DNA of 32,000 nt from Nanobdella aerobiophila (GTDB lineage Archaea > Nanobdellota > Nanobdellia > Nanobdellales > Nanobdellaceae), in contig NZ_AP019769.1 in the NCBI RefSeq assembly GCF_023169545.1, positions 210,001 to 242,000 of the forward strand, written 5' to 3'. Below, one piece after another: positions 1-9,073 of this stretch (within the stretch, counting starts at the first letter, position 1; each line of letters opens with the position of its first letter). The position numbers and the translations under genes are program-made. The notes under the pieces are model-generated. The model did no database searches, was not told the origin of the DNA, and saw only the letters and a list, made by a program, of their open reading frames with translations.

Positions 1-554
1 TTGGACATTTCCATAAAAGTCATCTCGAGGTTCATGATGATATTATATTCTCATTGCCAGGTTCTACTGAGAGAACCTCTTTATCTAAAGATGAAGAAAA
101 TATAAAGAAAGGATTTTATTACTATAGCGATAATATTGATTTTATTGAAGTTAATTCTAGACCTATATACATATATGAAGATATAATAAATAATGAAGAG
201 GATTTAAATAGATTAAAAGATTATATTGGTAAAAGATCTAAAGAAACCTTGATTAAATTAAAGTTAAAATATAATAAAGATTTATATATAAGTATTAAAA
301 ATTATATAGATAAATTGATTTCATCCGGATATTATATAATTGATGATCTATATTCTATGAATCAAGAATATAATATCATAAAAGATGAGAGTAATATAAA
401 TGACTTATTTGATAATAATATATTTGTTAACAATAAAGAAGAATTATTGGAGTTATTTAATAATATAAAAAGTACATTTGAAGAATTTTATTCTAATAAA
501 AGTAGCGATATAGATCGAATAAGAGATATATTATATAAAAATTTAATAAAATGA
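1..554 (+). CDS. mre11: Mre11 nuclease, C-terminal part (5' end lies outside the window)
   Basis: The frame of the 54..554 ORF stays open back to nt 3 and reads GHFHKSHLEVHDDIIFSLPGSTERTS. This gives the GHxH phosphoesterase motif followed by the PGS segment typical of Mre11. Its TGA stop overlaps the rad50 ATG (ATGA at 551-554), the conserved mre11-rad50 arrangement. Confidence 0.7.
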   Translation, partial: GHFHKSHLEVHDDIIFSLPGSTERTSLSKDEENIKKGFYYYSDNIDFIEVNSRPIYIYEDIINNEEDLNRLKDYIGKRSKETLIKLKLKYNKDLYISIKNYIDKLISSGYYIIDDLYSMNQEYNIIKDESNINDLFDNNIFVNNKEELLELFNNIKSTFEEFYSNKSSDIDRIRDILYKNLIK

Positions 555-2809
555 TAATAAAAAGTTTAAATTTAGAGAATTTTAAGTACCATAAAAGTTT
601 AAATATCGGATTAGAGGAAAAAAATATTATTATAGGTGAAAATGGAGTTGGCAAAAGTTCTATATTTCATTCAATATTGTTTGCTTTGTTTGGTAGAGAT
701 TCGTTGTCATATATAGGCGCTAGTAGTATTCAATCAATGATTAGATATGGTAGTTCTTCTACCAAGGTAGAGTTAGAATTGCAAGATAATAATAATTTAT
801 ATAAAATTGTTAGAATTATAAATAATACAGGAGATTCAAAGGCAGTATTATACCTAAATGATCATATTATAGTATCTAGTCCTGATTTAGTAAATAAAAA
901 AATAAAGGAAATATTAAATATAAATAGAATTGAAAAATTTGCCGATATAGTATATATAAAACAAGGAGATCTAGGTAGATATATTAATTTATCTGGAAAG
1001 ATTGAATTAACAAAAAAACTAGAAAATATATTTGATATAGAATATTATTCAAATATTTTAAGGGTCATAGAAGGTTTGGTAAGAGATCTAGAAAGGCAGA
1101 AAGAATACAATGAAAATCAAAGGGCTGAATTATATAAAGATATAGAGACCTATAGAAATTTATACGGAGATAGGGATATTAATGAGCTTATATTGGAATT
1201 AGACAAATATAATAATTTAAAGAAAATAAGGGATGAATTATACAAAGATTATTTAGAAGTAAAAACTTTGGAAAATACAATAAATTATGATTTAATATCT
1301 CAAGAAGGATATCTAAAAAATAAGTTATTACAATTAGAGGAAGAGGAAAAAAATTTGAATGAAAATATAATTAATTTAGAATCCGAAAGAAGGTCTTTGA
1401 AATATGAGCGTTATTCTAAAGAATTATTAGATAAGTCTATTGAATATATAAATAAGAGATTAGAAGAATTAAAGGAGTACAAAGATATCAATAAGAAGGA
1501 TATAGAGTATAATATAAGGGAAAATAAAGATTTATATAATGATATTGTAAAATATATAAATTCTCTAGATGTAGAAGATAGATATAAAAAATTAGAGGAA
1601 AAGAAAAAGGATATAGAAGAAAAAATACTGATATTAAAACAAAGTATAAAGGAAGATCAAGAATATTTAGATATATTAAATAAGGAAATTACAGATTGTC
1701 CAGTTTGTAAAAGACCTTTGGAAAAAGACCTTCATAAGCAATTGGTAGAAAGATATAATATTGAATTAGATAATAATAAGAGGGAGTTAAGCAAATTATT
1801 GAAGGATAAAGAAGATATAGATAACCTATATAATAATATATATAATGAATATAAGAATTTTGTGTATTTAAAAGAAAGATTAAAATCAAAAAATATAGAC
1901 ATAGATAATATAGAAAATGAAAAAATGAAAATAGACTCAAAAATTAATCAATTAAATCAGGAACTAAATAAAATCGAGGAATATAATATATTAAATGATA
2001 CTATCAACTATATAAAGTCTTATGAGATATCAAAAGCTTTAGAGAATTTAAAGAAAGATTATAACAATATCAAAGACGAAATATCATTAGTGAGGAAAGA
2101 TATTGTAAATATTGAAAATATGAAAAAAAATCTAGAAAAAATAAAAAATATATATAAAAAAAATAATTATTCTTCATTAAAAGATTTTGAGGAAAAATTA
2201 AATGATATAGATAATGAACTAAGAATTTATCAAAATATAAAACCAGAATTAATAAAAAACTATAAGAATAAATTAGATAGCTATAATATTATATTAGAAA
2301 ATAATAAGAAAATATCAAAGAATATAAATAATTTACGATCATTATATAACATTATATTGAAGTTTATAGAAAATAGAAGGGAAAAGGTTGCATTAAATTT
2401 ATCAAATGCGTTTCGATATTATTTTAAAAAATTGTATAGATATAATGATATTGTTGATGTTGGTATTGAGATTAAGGAAGGGAAAAATAAGGATGAAAGG
2501 ATATTTACAATATATATAATAAAAAATATAGATAACAAGGAATTAAAAAAACCTGTAGAAGATGCTGGTTTAAGTGGTGGGCAAACAAAATTATTAGATT
2601 TATCTATTAGATTAGCCATCTCTTCTTTATTAGATATTAGAACTTCATTTATATTATTAGATGAACCTACAGAATCTTTGGATGAAAATGTCAGATTATC
2701 TTTAGCAGAGTTATTACAGTTATTAGATGGTTACCAAATTTTATTATGTACTCATGATGATATATTTAAAGATAATATAGAAGGAAAAATTATAGAAATT
2801 AAAAGGTAA
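551..2809 (+). CDS. rad50: Rad50 SMC-like DNA repair ATPase (752 aa)
   Basis: Walker A GENGVGKSS (635-661). Long Lys/Glu/Asn-rich coiled-coil region. Central zinc-hook CPVC (1697-1708). ABC signature LSGGQ, Walker B ILLDEPT and a CTHDD His-loop at the C-terminus. Confidence 0.9.
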   Translation: MIIKSLNLENFKYHKSLNIGLEEKNIIIGENGVGKSSIFHSILFALFGRDSLSYIGASSIQSMIRYGSSSTKVELELQDNNNLYKIVRIINNTGDSKAVLYLNDHIIVSSPDLVNKKIKEILNINRIEKFADIVYIKQGDLGRYINLSGKIELTKKLENIFDIEYYSNILRVIEGLVRDLERQKEYNENQRAELYKDIETYRNLYGDRDINELILELDKYNNLKKIRDELYKDYLEVKTLENTINYDLISQEGYLKNKLLQLEEEEKNLNENIINLESERRSLKYERYSKELLDKSIEYINKRLEELKEYKDINKKDIEYNIRENKDLYNDIVKYINSLDVEDRYKKLEEKKKDIEEKILILKQSIKEDQEYLDILNKEITDCPVCKRPLEKDLHKQLVERYNIELDNNKRELSKLLKDKEDIDNLYNNIYNEYKNFVYLKERLKSKNIDIDNIENEKMKIDSKINQLNQELNKIEEYNILNDTINYIKSYEISKALENLKKDYNNIKDEISLVRKDIVNIENMKKNLEKIKNIYKKNNYSSLKDFEEKLNDIDNELRIYQNIKPELIKNYKNKLDSYNIILENNKKISKNINNLRSLYNIILKFIENRREKVALNLSNAFRYYFKKLYRYNDIVDVGIEIKEGKNKDERIFTIYIIKNIDNKELKKPVEDAGLSGGQTKLLDLSIRLAISSLLDIRTSFILLDEPTESLDENVRLSLAELLQLLDGYQILLCTHDDIFKDNIEGKIIEIKR

Positions 2810-3140
2810 TTATGTGATAGCCTTGATCTACTAGTTTATTTAATACTTCGAAGCTGAAGATTTCATCCTTATATATTATATTTTCTTCATCTATGTTATA
2901 TTTTAGACTACAATCTTTGCAAGAGTTTACTTTTATATTTAATTTATTTAGATCTTGAAGATGTCTTGATATTATTAATTTATATTCTTCATTTCTCTTA
3001 TCCAACATCTTTATTCCCTCTAAAGTAAAGCATAATTTTACATCCTCTGCACCACTGCTCTTTAGAGCCTTGGAAAATTCAATTACTTTTTCCAAAGAAT
3101 TTTTATCTTCTTTAGTAAATAATATAACATATTTAGCCAT
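2799..3140 (-). CDS. DsrE/DsrF-like family small protein
   Basis: 113 aa. The layout (MAKYVILFT..., central Cys-containing VNSCKDCSLKYNI, C-terminal ...HIITF) matches the DsrE/DsrF-like fold pattern as I recall it. No search was run. Confidence 0.5.
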   Translation of the reverse strand: MAKYVILFTKEDKNSLEKVIEFSKALKSSGAEDVKLCFTLEGIKMLDKRNEEYKLIISRHLQDLNKLNIKVNSCKDCSLKYNIDEENIIYKDEIFSFEVLNKLVDQGYHIITF

Positions 3141-3174
3141 ATAAATAATATCTTATGAAATATAATTAAATATT

Positions 3175-3194
3175 TAAGCTTTAAATGAAGCTTA
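3175..3194. repeat. 7-bp inverted repeat TAAGCTT-n6-AAGCTTA, 8 nt upstream of the ATPase-1 start codon
   Basis: Read directly: taagctt taaatg aagctta. These are two G/C-containing AAGCTT palindromes in a 61-nt AT-rich divergent spacer. Function unknown. Confidence 0.3.
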
Positions 3195-3201
3195 TTATTT
3201 T

Positions 3202-5649
3202 ATGAATAATGAAAATTTTGATATTGATGATATTATAAAAGACCTGAGTGTTGATATAAATTCTGGTTTATCTGAAAGCGAAATACAAGAAAGAATTAAA
3301 AAATATGGTTATAATTCAATAGAAGAAAAGAAAGAGAGTAATTTAATTAAATTCTTGAGGAAATTTAAATCTTTTACATCTATAATGTTAGAATTTATTA
3401 CTATATTGTATATTATATTCGGAAAGATAGAAGATGCGATAATAGTTATATCCTTATTGATAATAAATGCAGTAATATCATTTATACATGAGGAAAGAGC
3501 AAATAAAGCATTAGAATTATTAAAAGAGAAATTACAAATACAAGCAAGAGTCTTAAGAGAAGGTAAATGGAAATTAATTGAATCAAAATATTTAGTACCT
3601 GGAGATATTATAAGATTAAGAGCAGGTGATATATCTCCTGCAGATTGCATTATATTATCAAATGATATATTAAATATAGATCAATCAATGTTAACAGGAG
3701 AATCTATTACAGTAGATAAAACAAAAGGTAATATAATATATTCGGGATCAATAATAAAAAGAGGAGAATCTAATTGTATAGTATATAAAACCGGTAAAAA
3801 TACCTATTTTGGGAAAACAATAGAATTAGTTTCTACAGCAAAACCAAAATTACATATAGAAGAGATTACAAGTTCTGTAGTAAAAAATTTATTATTAATA
3901 ACTGGATTTTTTTCGTCAATTGTACTAATAATATCTTTTTTATATTATCATAGTTTATTATATATACTATCAAATATAGTTCCATTAGTTATATCATTAT
4001 TATTATTTGCAGTACCTGTAGCATTACCAGTAATGATAACAGTTACATTATCATTGGGTTCTTTAGAATTAATTAAAAGTAATGTATTAGTAACAAGATT
4101 ATCATCTATAGAAGATGCAGCATCTATGACAACATTATGTTCAGATAAAACAGGTACTCTAACATATAATAAACTAACTGTAACAGATATATATCCATTA
4201 AATAATTATAATATAAATGATGTAATACTATATGGATCATTAGCATCAGAAATATCAAATAATGATCCTATAGATTTAGCATTTATAAATAAATTAAAAG
4301 AATTAAATATAAATAAAGATAATTATAATATATTAGAATTTAAACCATTTGATCCATCTACAAGAAGAACAGAAGCAAAAGTATCTTATAATAATGATGT
4401 ACTTTATGTATCTAAAGGTGCAGTAAATACAATATTTAATGAATTATGTAAAGAAAATGTTCCAGGAGATATCCAAAAAATAATAGATAATTATGCATCT
4501 AAAGGATATAGAACATTAGCAGTAGCAATAAATAATAATAATAATAAATGGATACCAGTAGGTTTAGTAGCATTATATGATATACCTAGAAAGGATACTC
4601 CAGAATTAATTAAAAAATTAAAAGAATTAGGAATTAAAGTAAAGATGTTAACAGGAGATGCATTACCTATAGCAAAAGAAATAGGTAATAGTATAGGATT
4701 AGATCCAAATAAAGTAGTATCTGGAAATGAACTAAGAAATTTATTAAAAGAAAATCCAGGTAAAGTAAGTAATCTAGTAAATAATTCAGAAATATTTGCA
4801 GAAATATATCCAGAGGATAAATATTATATAGTAAAATCATTACAAGATAAAAAAGAAATAGTAGGTATGACAGGAGATGGAGTAAATGATTCTCCATCAT
4901 TAAAGCAAGCAGAAGTAGGTATAGCAGTATATAATGCTACAGATGTAGCTAAATCTGCAGCTTCTGTAGTATTAACTGTTGAAGGTTTACAAGGTATAGT
5001 AGATCTAATTAAAATAGGTAGATCTGTATATCAAAGAATTGTTACTTGGATTTTATTGAAAATAAATAGGGTAATTGAGATATCTTTATTAGTTATGATT
5101 GTATTTATATTTACTGAGATTATATTACATCAACCAATATTATTGGTTTCTTCAGAAGGCGCTATACTATTCTTTTTTTTAAAAGATTTTCCTACTATTG
5201 CTATAGGAACAGATAATGTAAAACCATCACAATATCCAGAGAGCTGGGATATTAGAAAATTGGTATTATATTCAGGTATACTAAGTTTATTTTCATTTAT
5301 GGAGGAATTATTTTTGTTTATATTCTATTATTTTTATTTAGACATTAGAAGCATCGCATATTTGCAATCTTTATTCTTCTTATCAATAATGTATTTTGGG
5401 CTATTAATGTTATTTGTATTTAGAGAATCAGATAGGTTCTATAAGTCGAGACCAAGTAATTTATTATTGATTTCAACAATAATAGATATACTAGCTTCTA
5501 CAATAATTGGAATATTTGGATTCGGTATTATAGAACCAATAAAAATTATTGATATAATATTTATATCTATATACTCATTATTTAGTATATTTGTTATAAA
5601 TGATAGTATAAAGATATTGCTAAATAGGACAAAGATAGCAATAAAATAA
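3202..5649 (+). CDS. P-type ATPase, type IIIA (plasma-membrane H+-ATPase-like), paralog 1 (815 aa)
   Basis: TGES (LTGESITV), phosphorylation motif CSDKTGTLT (DKTGT at 4144-4158), KGA, MLTGD and GDGVNDSPSLKQAEVGIAV. The N-terminal GLSESEIQERIKKYGYNSIEEKKESNLIKFL closely resembles the P3A N-terminal signature. About 10 predicted TM helices. Confidence 0.9.
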   Translation: MNNENFDIDDIIKDLSVDINSGLSESEIQERIKKYGYNSIEEKKESNLIKFLRKFKSFTSIMLEFITILYIIFGKIEDAIIVISLLIINAVISFIHEERANKALELLKEKLQIQARVLREGKWKLIESKYLVPGDIIRLRAGDISPADCIILSNDILNIDQSMLTGESITVDKTKGNIIYSGSIIKRGESNCIVYKTGKNTYFGKTIELVSTAKPKLHIEEITSSVVKNLLLITGFFSSIVLIISFLYYHSLLYILSNIVPLVISLLLFAVPVALPVMITVTLSLGSLELIKSNVLVTRLSSIEDAASMTTLCSDKTGTLTYNKLTVTDIYPLNNYNINDVILYGSLASEISNNDPIDLAFINKLKELNINKDNYNILEFKPFDPSTRRTEAKVSYNNDVLYVSKGAVNTIFNELCKENVPGDIQKIIDNYASKGYRTLAVAINNNNNKWIPVGLVALYDIPRKDTPELIKKLKELGIKVKMLTGDALPIAKEIGNSIGLDPNKVVSGNELRNLLKENPGKVSNLVNNSEIFAEIYPEDKYYIVKSLQDKKEIVGMTGDGVNDSPSLKQAEVGIAVYNATDVAKSAASVVLTVEGLQGIVDLIKIGRSVYQRIVTWILLKINRVIEISLLVMIVFIFTEIILHQPILLVSSEGAILFFFLKDFPTIAIGTDNVKPSQYPESWDIRKLVLYSGILSLFSFMEELFLFIFYYFYLDIRSIAYLQSLFFLSIMYFGLLMLFVFRESDRFYKSRPSNLLLISTIIDILASTIIGIFGFGIIEPIKIIDIIFISIYSLFSIFVINDSIKILLNRTKIAIK
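3262..5051 (+). repeat. Near-identical DNA blocks shared with ATPase paralog 2 (copy 1 side)
   Basis: Constant offset of 11889 nt (11886 after a 3-nt indel near 4540). Blocks 3262-3330, 3473-3863 (two short diverged patches), 4086-~4385 and 4549-5051 match 15151-15219, 15362-15752, 15975-~16274 and 16435-16937. I counted only about 5 mismatches in the last 503 nt. Confidence 0.9.
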
Positions 5650-5682
5650 ATTTTATATTTTTTTAAATATTTATTCTAATAC

Positions 5683-6939
5683 ATGGATATATTTTTTACA
5701 ATGTTATTACTATTTGTTGTAAGTTTAGTCGCTGGAATAATTGGTGCATTAACTGGTCTGGGTGGTGGTACTTTTTTAGTTCCTATATTAAATATATTCT
5801 TATCTTTTCCATTACACTTAGCTATTGGAGACTCTTTAGTGTCTACTATAATTACTTCTATATCCTCTTCCAAAGAATATTTAATAAAAAAGATATCAAA
5901 TCCAAATATTGCTATAAGCTTGCTTACTGCAACTACATTGGGCGCTATTTTTGGATCCTTAACAAATAACTATTTTTATACTCATAATCTATATTTTGTA
6001 ATATATATATCCTTTGGCTTAATATTACTATCTTCTTCTTTATTATTAATTGTAAAAAATTTAAAGACAAAATATCATCCGGATAAACCTGATAAAACAA
6101 CTTTTTTCTTTAATTTATTTGGTAAATATAAAGATGGAAGTAATATAATATATTATGATGGTGTTAGGTGGTATTTTGGTTGGATAATCATGCTATTTGC
6201 AGGTTTTGTATCCGGTTTATTAGGTATAGGTTCTGGTGTTTTAAAAGTTTTGGGTTTAGATTTAATAATGAATCTACCTATTAAGGTAAGTACTACTACA
6301 AGTAATTTTATGATTGGTGTTACGGCAGACAATTCTTCGATTTTATATTTGAAGTTTGGTTATATACCGTTTTTATATTTTCCAATATCAGCATTGGGAG
6401 TTTTATTTGGCGCAATTATTGGTACAAAATTATTATTAAGATTAAATGATAATTATATTAGATCAATATTTATATTATTTGTGTCTTATCTAGGTATAAA
6501 GATGTTATTGGAAGGAATAAATTATAATAATAATATCTTGATATATCTAGTTCCGATATTAATATCCGTCTTTTCTATATTATTGGGAAAAATAAAGAGA
6601 AAGGAAGAATATAAAAATGTAGAGATAGAAGAATATATTAAGGAAAATCAGATAGATACGAAATTTACCAATATATTATATAATATGCAAAAGTATTTTC
6701 TTTATGTAGTAATATTATTATCTATTATCTCTATAATAATAGTTTTTTTATATAATAGTATTATAGTGAAATATAATACTATATTATACTTATTTATTGT
6801 GACATTTCCATTTTTAGAAGTGGTTTTAGAAACAATAAAGTATATAAAAGAAAAAGATAAAAAATATGCAGTAATTGGTTTTATAGTAATAATTAATTTA
6901 ATAATTGGACTAATTTTATTACCTAATCTTATTTTTTAA
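5683..6939 (+). CDS. TauE/SafE (TSUP, DUF81) family permease with an extra C-terminal membrane extension
   Basis: The N-terminal GALTGLGGGTFLVPIL and the second-half GLLGIGSGVLKV motifs form the typical TSUP internal repeat. From about aa 303 onward there is a charged linker plus about 3 further TM helices not expected in a standard ~250-300 aa TauE. Confidence 0.7.
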   Translation: MDIFFTMLLLFVVSLVAGIIGALTGLGGGTFLVPILNIFLSFPLHLAIGDSLVSTIITSISSSKEYLIKKISNPNIAISLLTATTLGAIFGSLTNNYFYTHNLYFVIYISFGLILLSSSLLLIVKNLKTKYHPDKPDKTTFFFNLFGKYKDGSNIIYYDGVRWYFGWIIMLFAGFVSGLLGIGSGVLKVLGLDLIMNLPIKVSTTTSNFMIGVTADNSSILYLKFGYIPFLYFPISALGVLFGAIIGTKLLLRLNDNYIRSIFILFVSYLGIKMLLEGINYNNNILIYLVPILISVFSILLGKIKRKEEYKNVEIEEYIKENQIDTKFTNILYNMQKYFLYVVILLSIISIIIVFLYNSIIVKYNTILYLFIVTFPFLEVVLETIKYIKEKDKKYAVIGFIVIINLIIGLILLPNLIF

Positions 6940-7582
6940 AAAAGTCGTGTATATTTCTTTGTCTTTCTTCTTTTATCTTTTTTACGGTTGACCAAGAGTG
7001 TCTTAAATAATATTTCAATTCATCATAATTATTCCTTATTGATTGAATTGTTCGAGGATCTGATGGGTAGCCAGATCCAAAATCCATATTTAGAGTTTTT
7101 TTTATTTTATCTATTTCTAAATCCCTATTTACCTTTGCAATAATTGAAGCTGCAGAGACTATCGGATACTTTCTATCTGCCTTATTCTCAGCTATTATAT
7201 TTATATCCTTATTTATATTATTCTTTATATATTCTATTACTTTTTTTGTATCGACTAGTGGAGAATCAATTATAACTTTATCTGGATCTATATAATTTAT
7301 TATATTTACCATATTTTCAAATTCTAGATAGTTTAGTCTCCCTTTTTCAACATATTTATCTATTATCTTTTGATCTATTATATTGTATTTATAATTATTT
7401 GTTGGTAAAGATATTATTTGATTATATATCTTTTCTCTTTCTAATCGAGATAATAGCTTAGAATCTTTTACACCAGTATTTTTTAGATCATCAATGTACC
7501 TTTCATCTATAGAATATCCTGCTATAACCATTGGACCAATTACTGGCCCTCTCCCTGCTTCATCAATACCTAATACTATCAT
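6929..7582 (-). CDS. rnhB: Ribonuclease HII
   Basis: N-terminal MIVLGIDEAGRGPVIGPMVIAG (catalytic DEAGRG motif), internal SASIIAK and DSK. The 217-aa length is typical. Confidence 0.9.
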   Translation of the reverse strand: MIVLGIDEAGRGPVIGPMVIAGYSIDERYIDDLKNTGVKDSKLLSRLEREKIYNQIISLPTNNYKYNIIDQKIIDKYVEKGRLNYLEFENMVNIINYIDPDKVIIDSPLVDTKKVIEYIKNNINKDINIIAENKADRKYPIVSAASIIAKVNRDLEIDKIKKTLNMDFGSGYPSDPRTIQSIRNNYDELKYYLRHSWSTVKKIKEERQRNIHDFFKK

Positions 7583-7632
7583 TATAAAAGTTAATCATAA
7601 GGTTTATAAGATATATTAAAATATTATTACTA

Positions 7633-8322
7633 ATGGATGATAACAGATCCTACTTATTATATTTAGATGCCAATATATTAATTAAAGGTTCATCTTTAGA
7701 AAAATTATTAGAAAAATTAGAGAATAATAAAGTAAAGTACAAAGTAGCTATATCTAAGAAATCTATAGAAGAAGCTATTAGGAATATTGATAATAAAGAA
7801 CAAAAGAAAGATTTGTATAATATTTTATACGGATATAAAATACCAAAAGATTTTTATAATAGATATAAACCAAACTATTTAATAGAAGATATAAAGTATA
7901 GAGTTGGCAAGGATGGATATATAATAGATATAAAATATAGAGGAATTAAAAGATATAAGGATAGAAAGATCTCTATTACTGACAAATACTACGGGATTGA
8001 AATAAATTTATATAAAGATTTTCAGTCTGCAACTGTTTTATTTACAGATCTTAGTGATCTTCCACATTTGGATATGGCTTACTATTTTAGTAGAAGTAAA
8101 AATTATATCCCAATTATATTAACTTATGATGGGAGAATTGTAAAAGATAATCCTAAAGTTTTCAGATATATAGTCATAGTTAGTCCTGATAAATTGTATG
8201 AAAATATTAGTCAAGGAAAAAATATAAAACAAATATCAAAATATTTAGAAGAGAAGAAAAAGGATGATTTATATAATAAAATGATAGAAAAACATAAAAA
8301 AAATGGATTCTTTGACTTATAA
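7633..8322 (+). CDS. Hypothetical protein, possibly PIN-like nuclease fold
   Basis: 229 aa. The N-terminal LLYLDANILIKG resembles the first PIN strand (hhhDxNhhh). Later acidic residues (SIEEAI, FTDLSDL, LTYDGRIV) could supply the remaining acidic positions. This is a weak by-eye assignment. The 3' end overlaps the next gene by 20 nt. Confidence 0.35.
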   Translation: MDDNRSYLLYLDANILIKGSSLEKLLEKLENNKVKYKVAISKKSIEEAIRNIDNKEQKKDLYNILYGYKIPKDFYNRYKPNYLIEDIKYRVGKDGYIIDIKYRGIKRYKDRKISITDKYYGIEINLYKDFQSATVLFTDLSDLPHLDMAYYFSRSKNYIPIILTYDGRIVKDNPKVFRYIVIVSPDKLYENISQGKNIKQISKYLEEKKKDDLYNKMIEKHKKNGFFDL

Positions 8323-9073
8323 AGTATATAGGTTTAATATACCACAATTTAATATAAAAGGAAAACATATACTAGATACTCAAACTCAAGAGCAGATATT
8401 AAAATCTAAAAAATCGATTGCTGAAGAGAAATTAGATGGAAAGCAATTTATAATAAATCTAGATAATATAATATTAATATGTGAAGATCTAAAACAAACT
8501 CATACAATATTTTATAAGAATTTGCCTTCTTATTCATATTGTTTTGATGTCTACGAAAAAGATAAAGGATATTTAGATTATTTGGATAAATATTTATTTT
8601 TGATAGAAAATGGTTATGTTTCTCCCAGATTTGTAAGAGCTGGTCCTTCTACTGTAGAAGAACTAGTACATATCGTATTGAATGGAGAGTCATATTTTAG
8701 AACAGAAATAAATCCTAAGATGAAAAATAAAATAAAAAGCGATTCAGAGATTAGTAGAGGTTTACGATATATAAAACCTGATAGTACAGATTTTATGGAG
8801 GGTGTAGTAGTAAAATTATATGAAGGTGGAAGGTTATATCCTGGAAAAGCTGTAAATCCAGATTTTGAATATTTAATAATTAACTTAGGTAGATATGAAC
8901 AATATGAAAACAAAAATATAGTAGAACCATTTACGAAAGAAGAATTTGAAAGATATCATAGAAATAATTTAAATATATTAAGTGAAATATATAAAGATGA
9001 TAAAAGATTATCAGAAATAAGCAGAATTTTAAAGGACAGGAAAACTTATGCGTCTTATTTATCTAATTTATAG
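8303..9073 (+). CDS. Minimal covalent nucleotidyltransferase (ATP-dependent RNA/DNA-ligase-like), 256 aa
   Basis: Ordered ligase/capping-enzyme motifs: I EEKLDGKQF (Lys codon 8429-8431), III YCFDVYE, IV EGVVVK (8798-8815), V YPGKAVNPDF. There is no room for an OB or other large accessory domain. Confidence 0.6.
   Translation: MDSLTYKVYRFNIPQFNIKGKHILDTQTQEQILKSKKSIAEEKLDGKQFIINLDNIILICEDLKQTHTIFYKNLPSYSYCFDVYEKDKGYLDYLDKYLFLIENGYVSPRFVRAGPSTVEELVHIVLNGESYFRTEINPKMKNKIKSDSEISRGLRYIKPDSTDFMEGVVVKLYEGGRLYPGKAVNPDFEYLIINLGRYEQYENKNIVEPFTKEEFERYHRNNLNILSEIYKDDKRLSEISRILKDRKTYASYLSNL

Noticed and set aside
1689-2619. Minus-strand ORFs 1689..1940 and 2419..2619 inside rad50
   Set aside because: They are antisense to a gene with clear Rad50 motifs. 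Their low-complexity Leu/Phe/Tyr/Ile translations are typical of the reverse strand of Lys/Glu/Asn-rich AT-rich coding sequence.
3309-4900. Minus-strand ORFs 3309..3650 and 4667..4900 inside ATPase paralog 1
   Set aside because: They are antisense to a strongly supported P-type ATPase. ORF 4667..4900 recurs almost identically at 16553..16786 only because the sense-strand block is duplicated.
5676-5873. Minus-strand 65-aa ORF overlapping the TauE start
   Set aside because: It is antisense to the conserved TSUP N-terminal motif and has no features of its own.
8614-8913. Minus-strand 99-aa ORF inside the ligase-like gene
   Set aside because: It is antisense to the region carrying ligase motifs IV and V. 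The sense frame is better supported.
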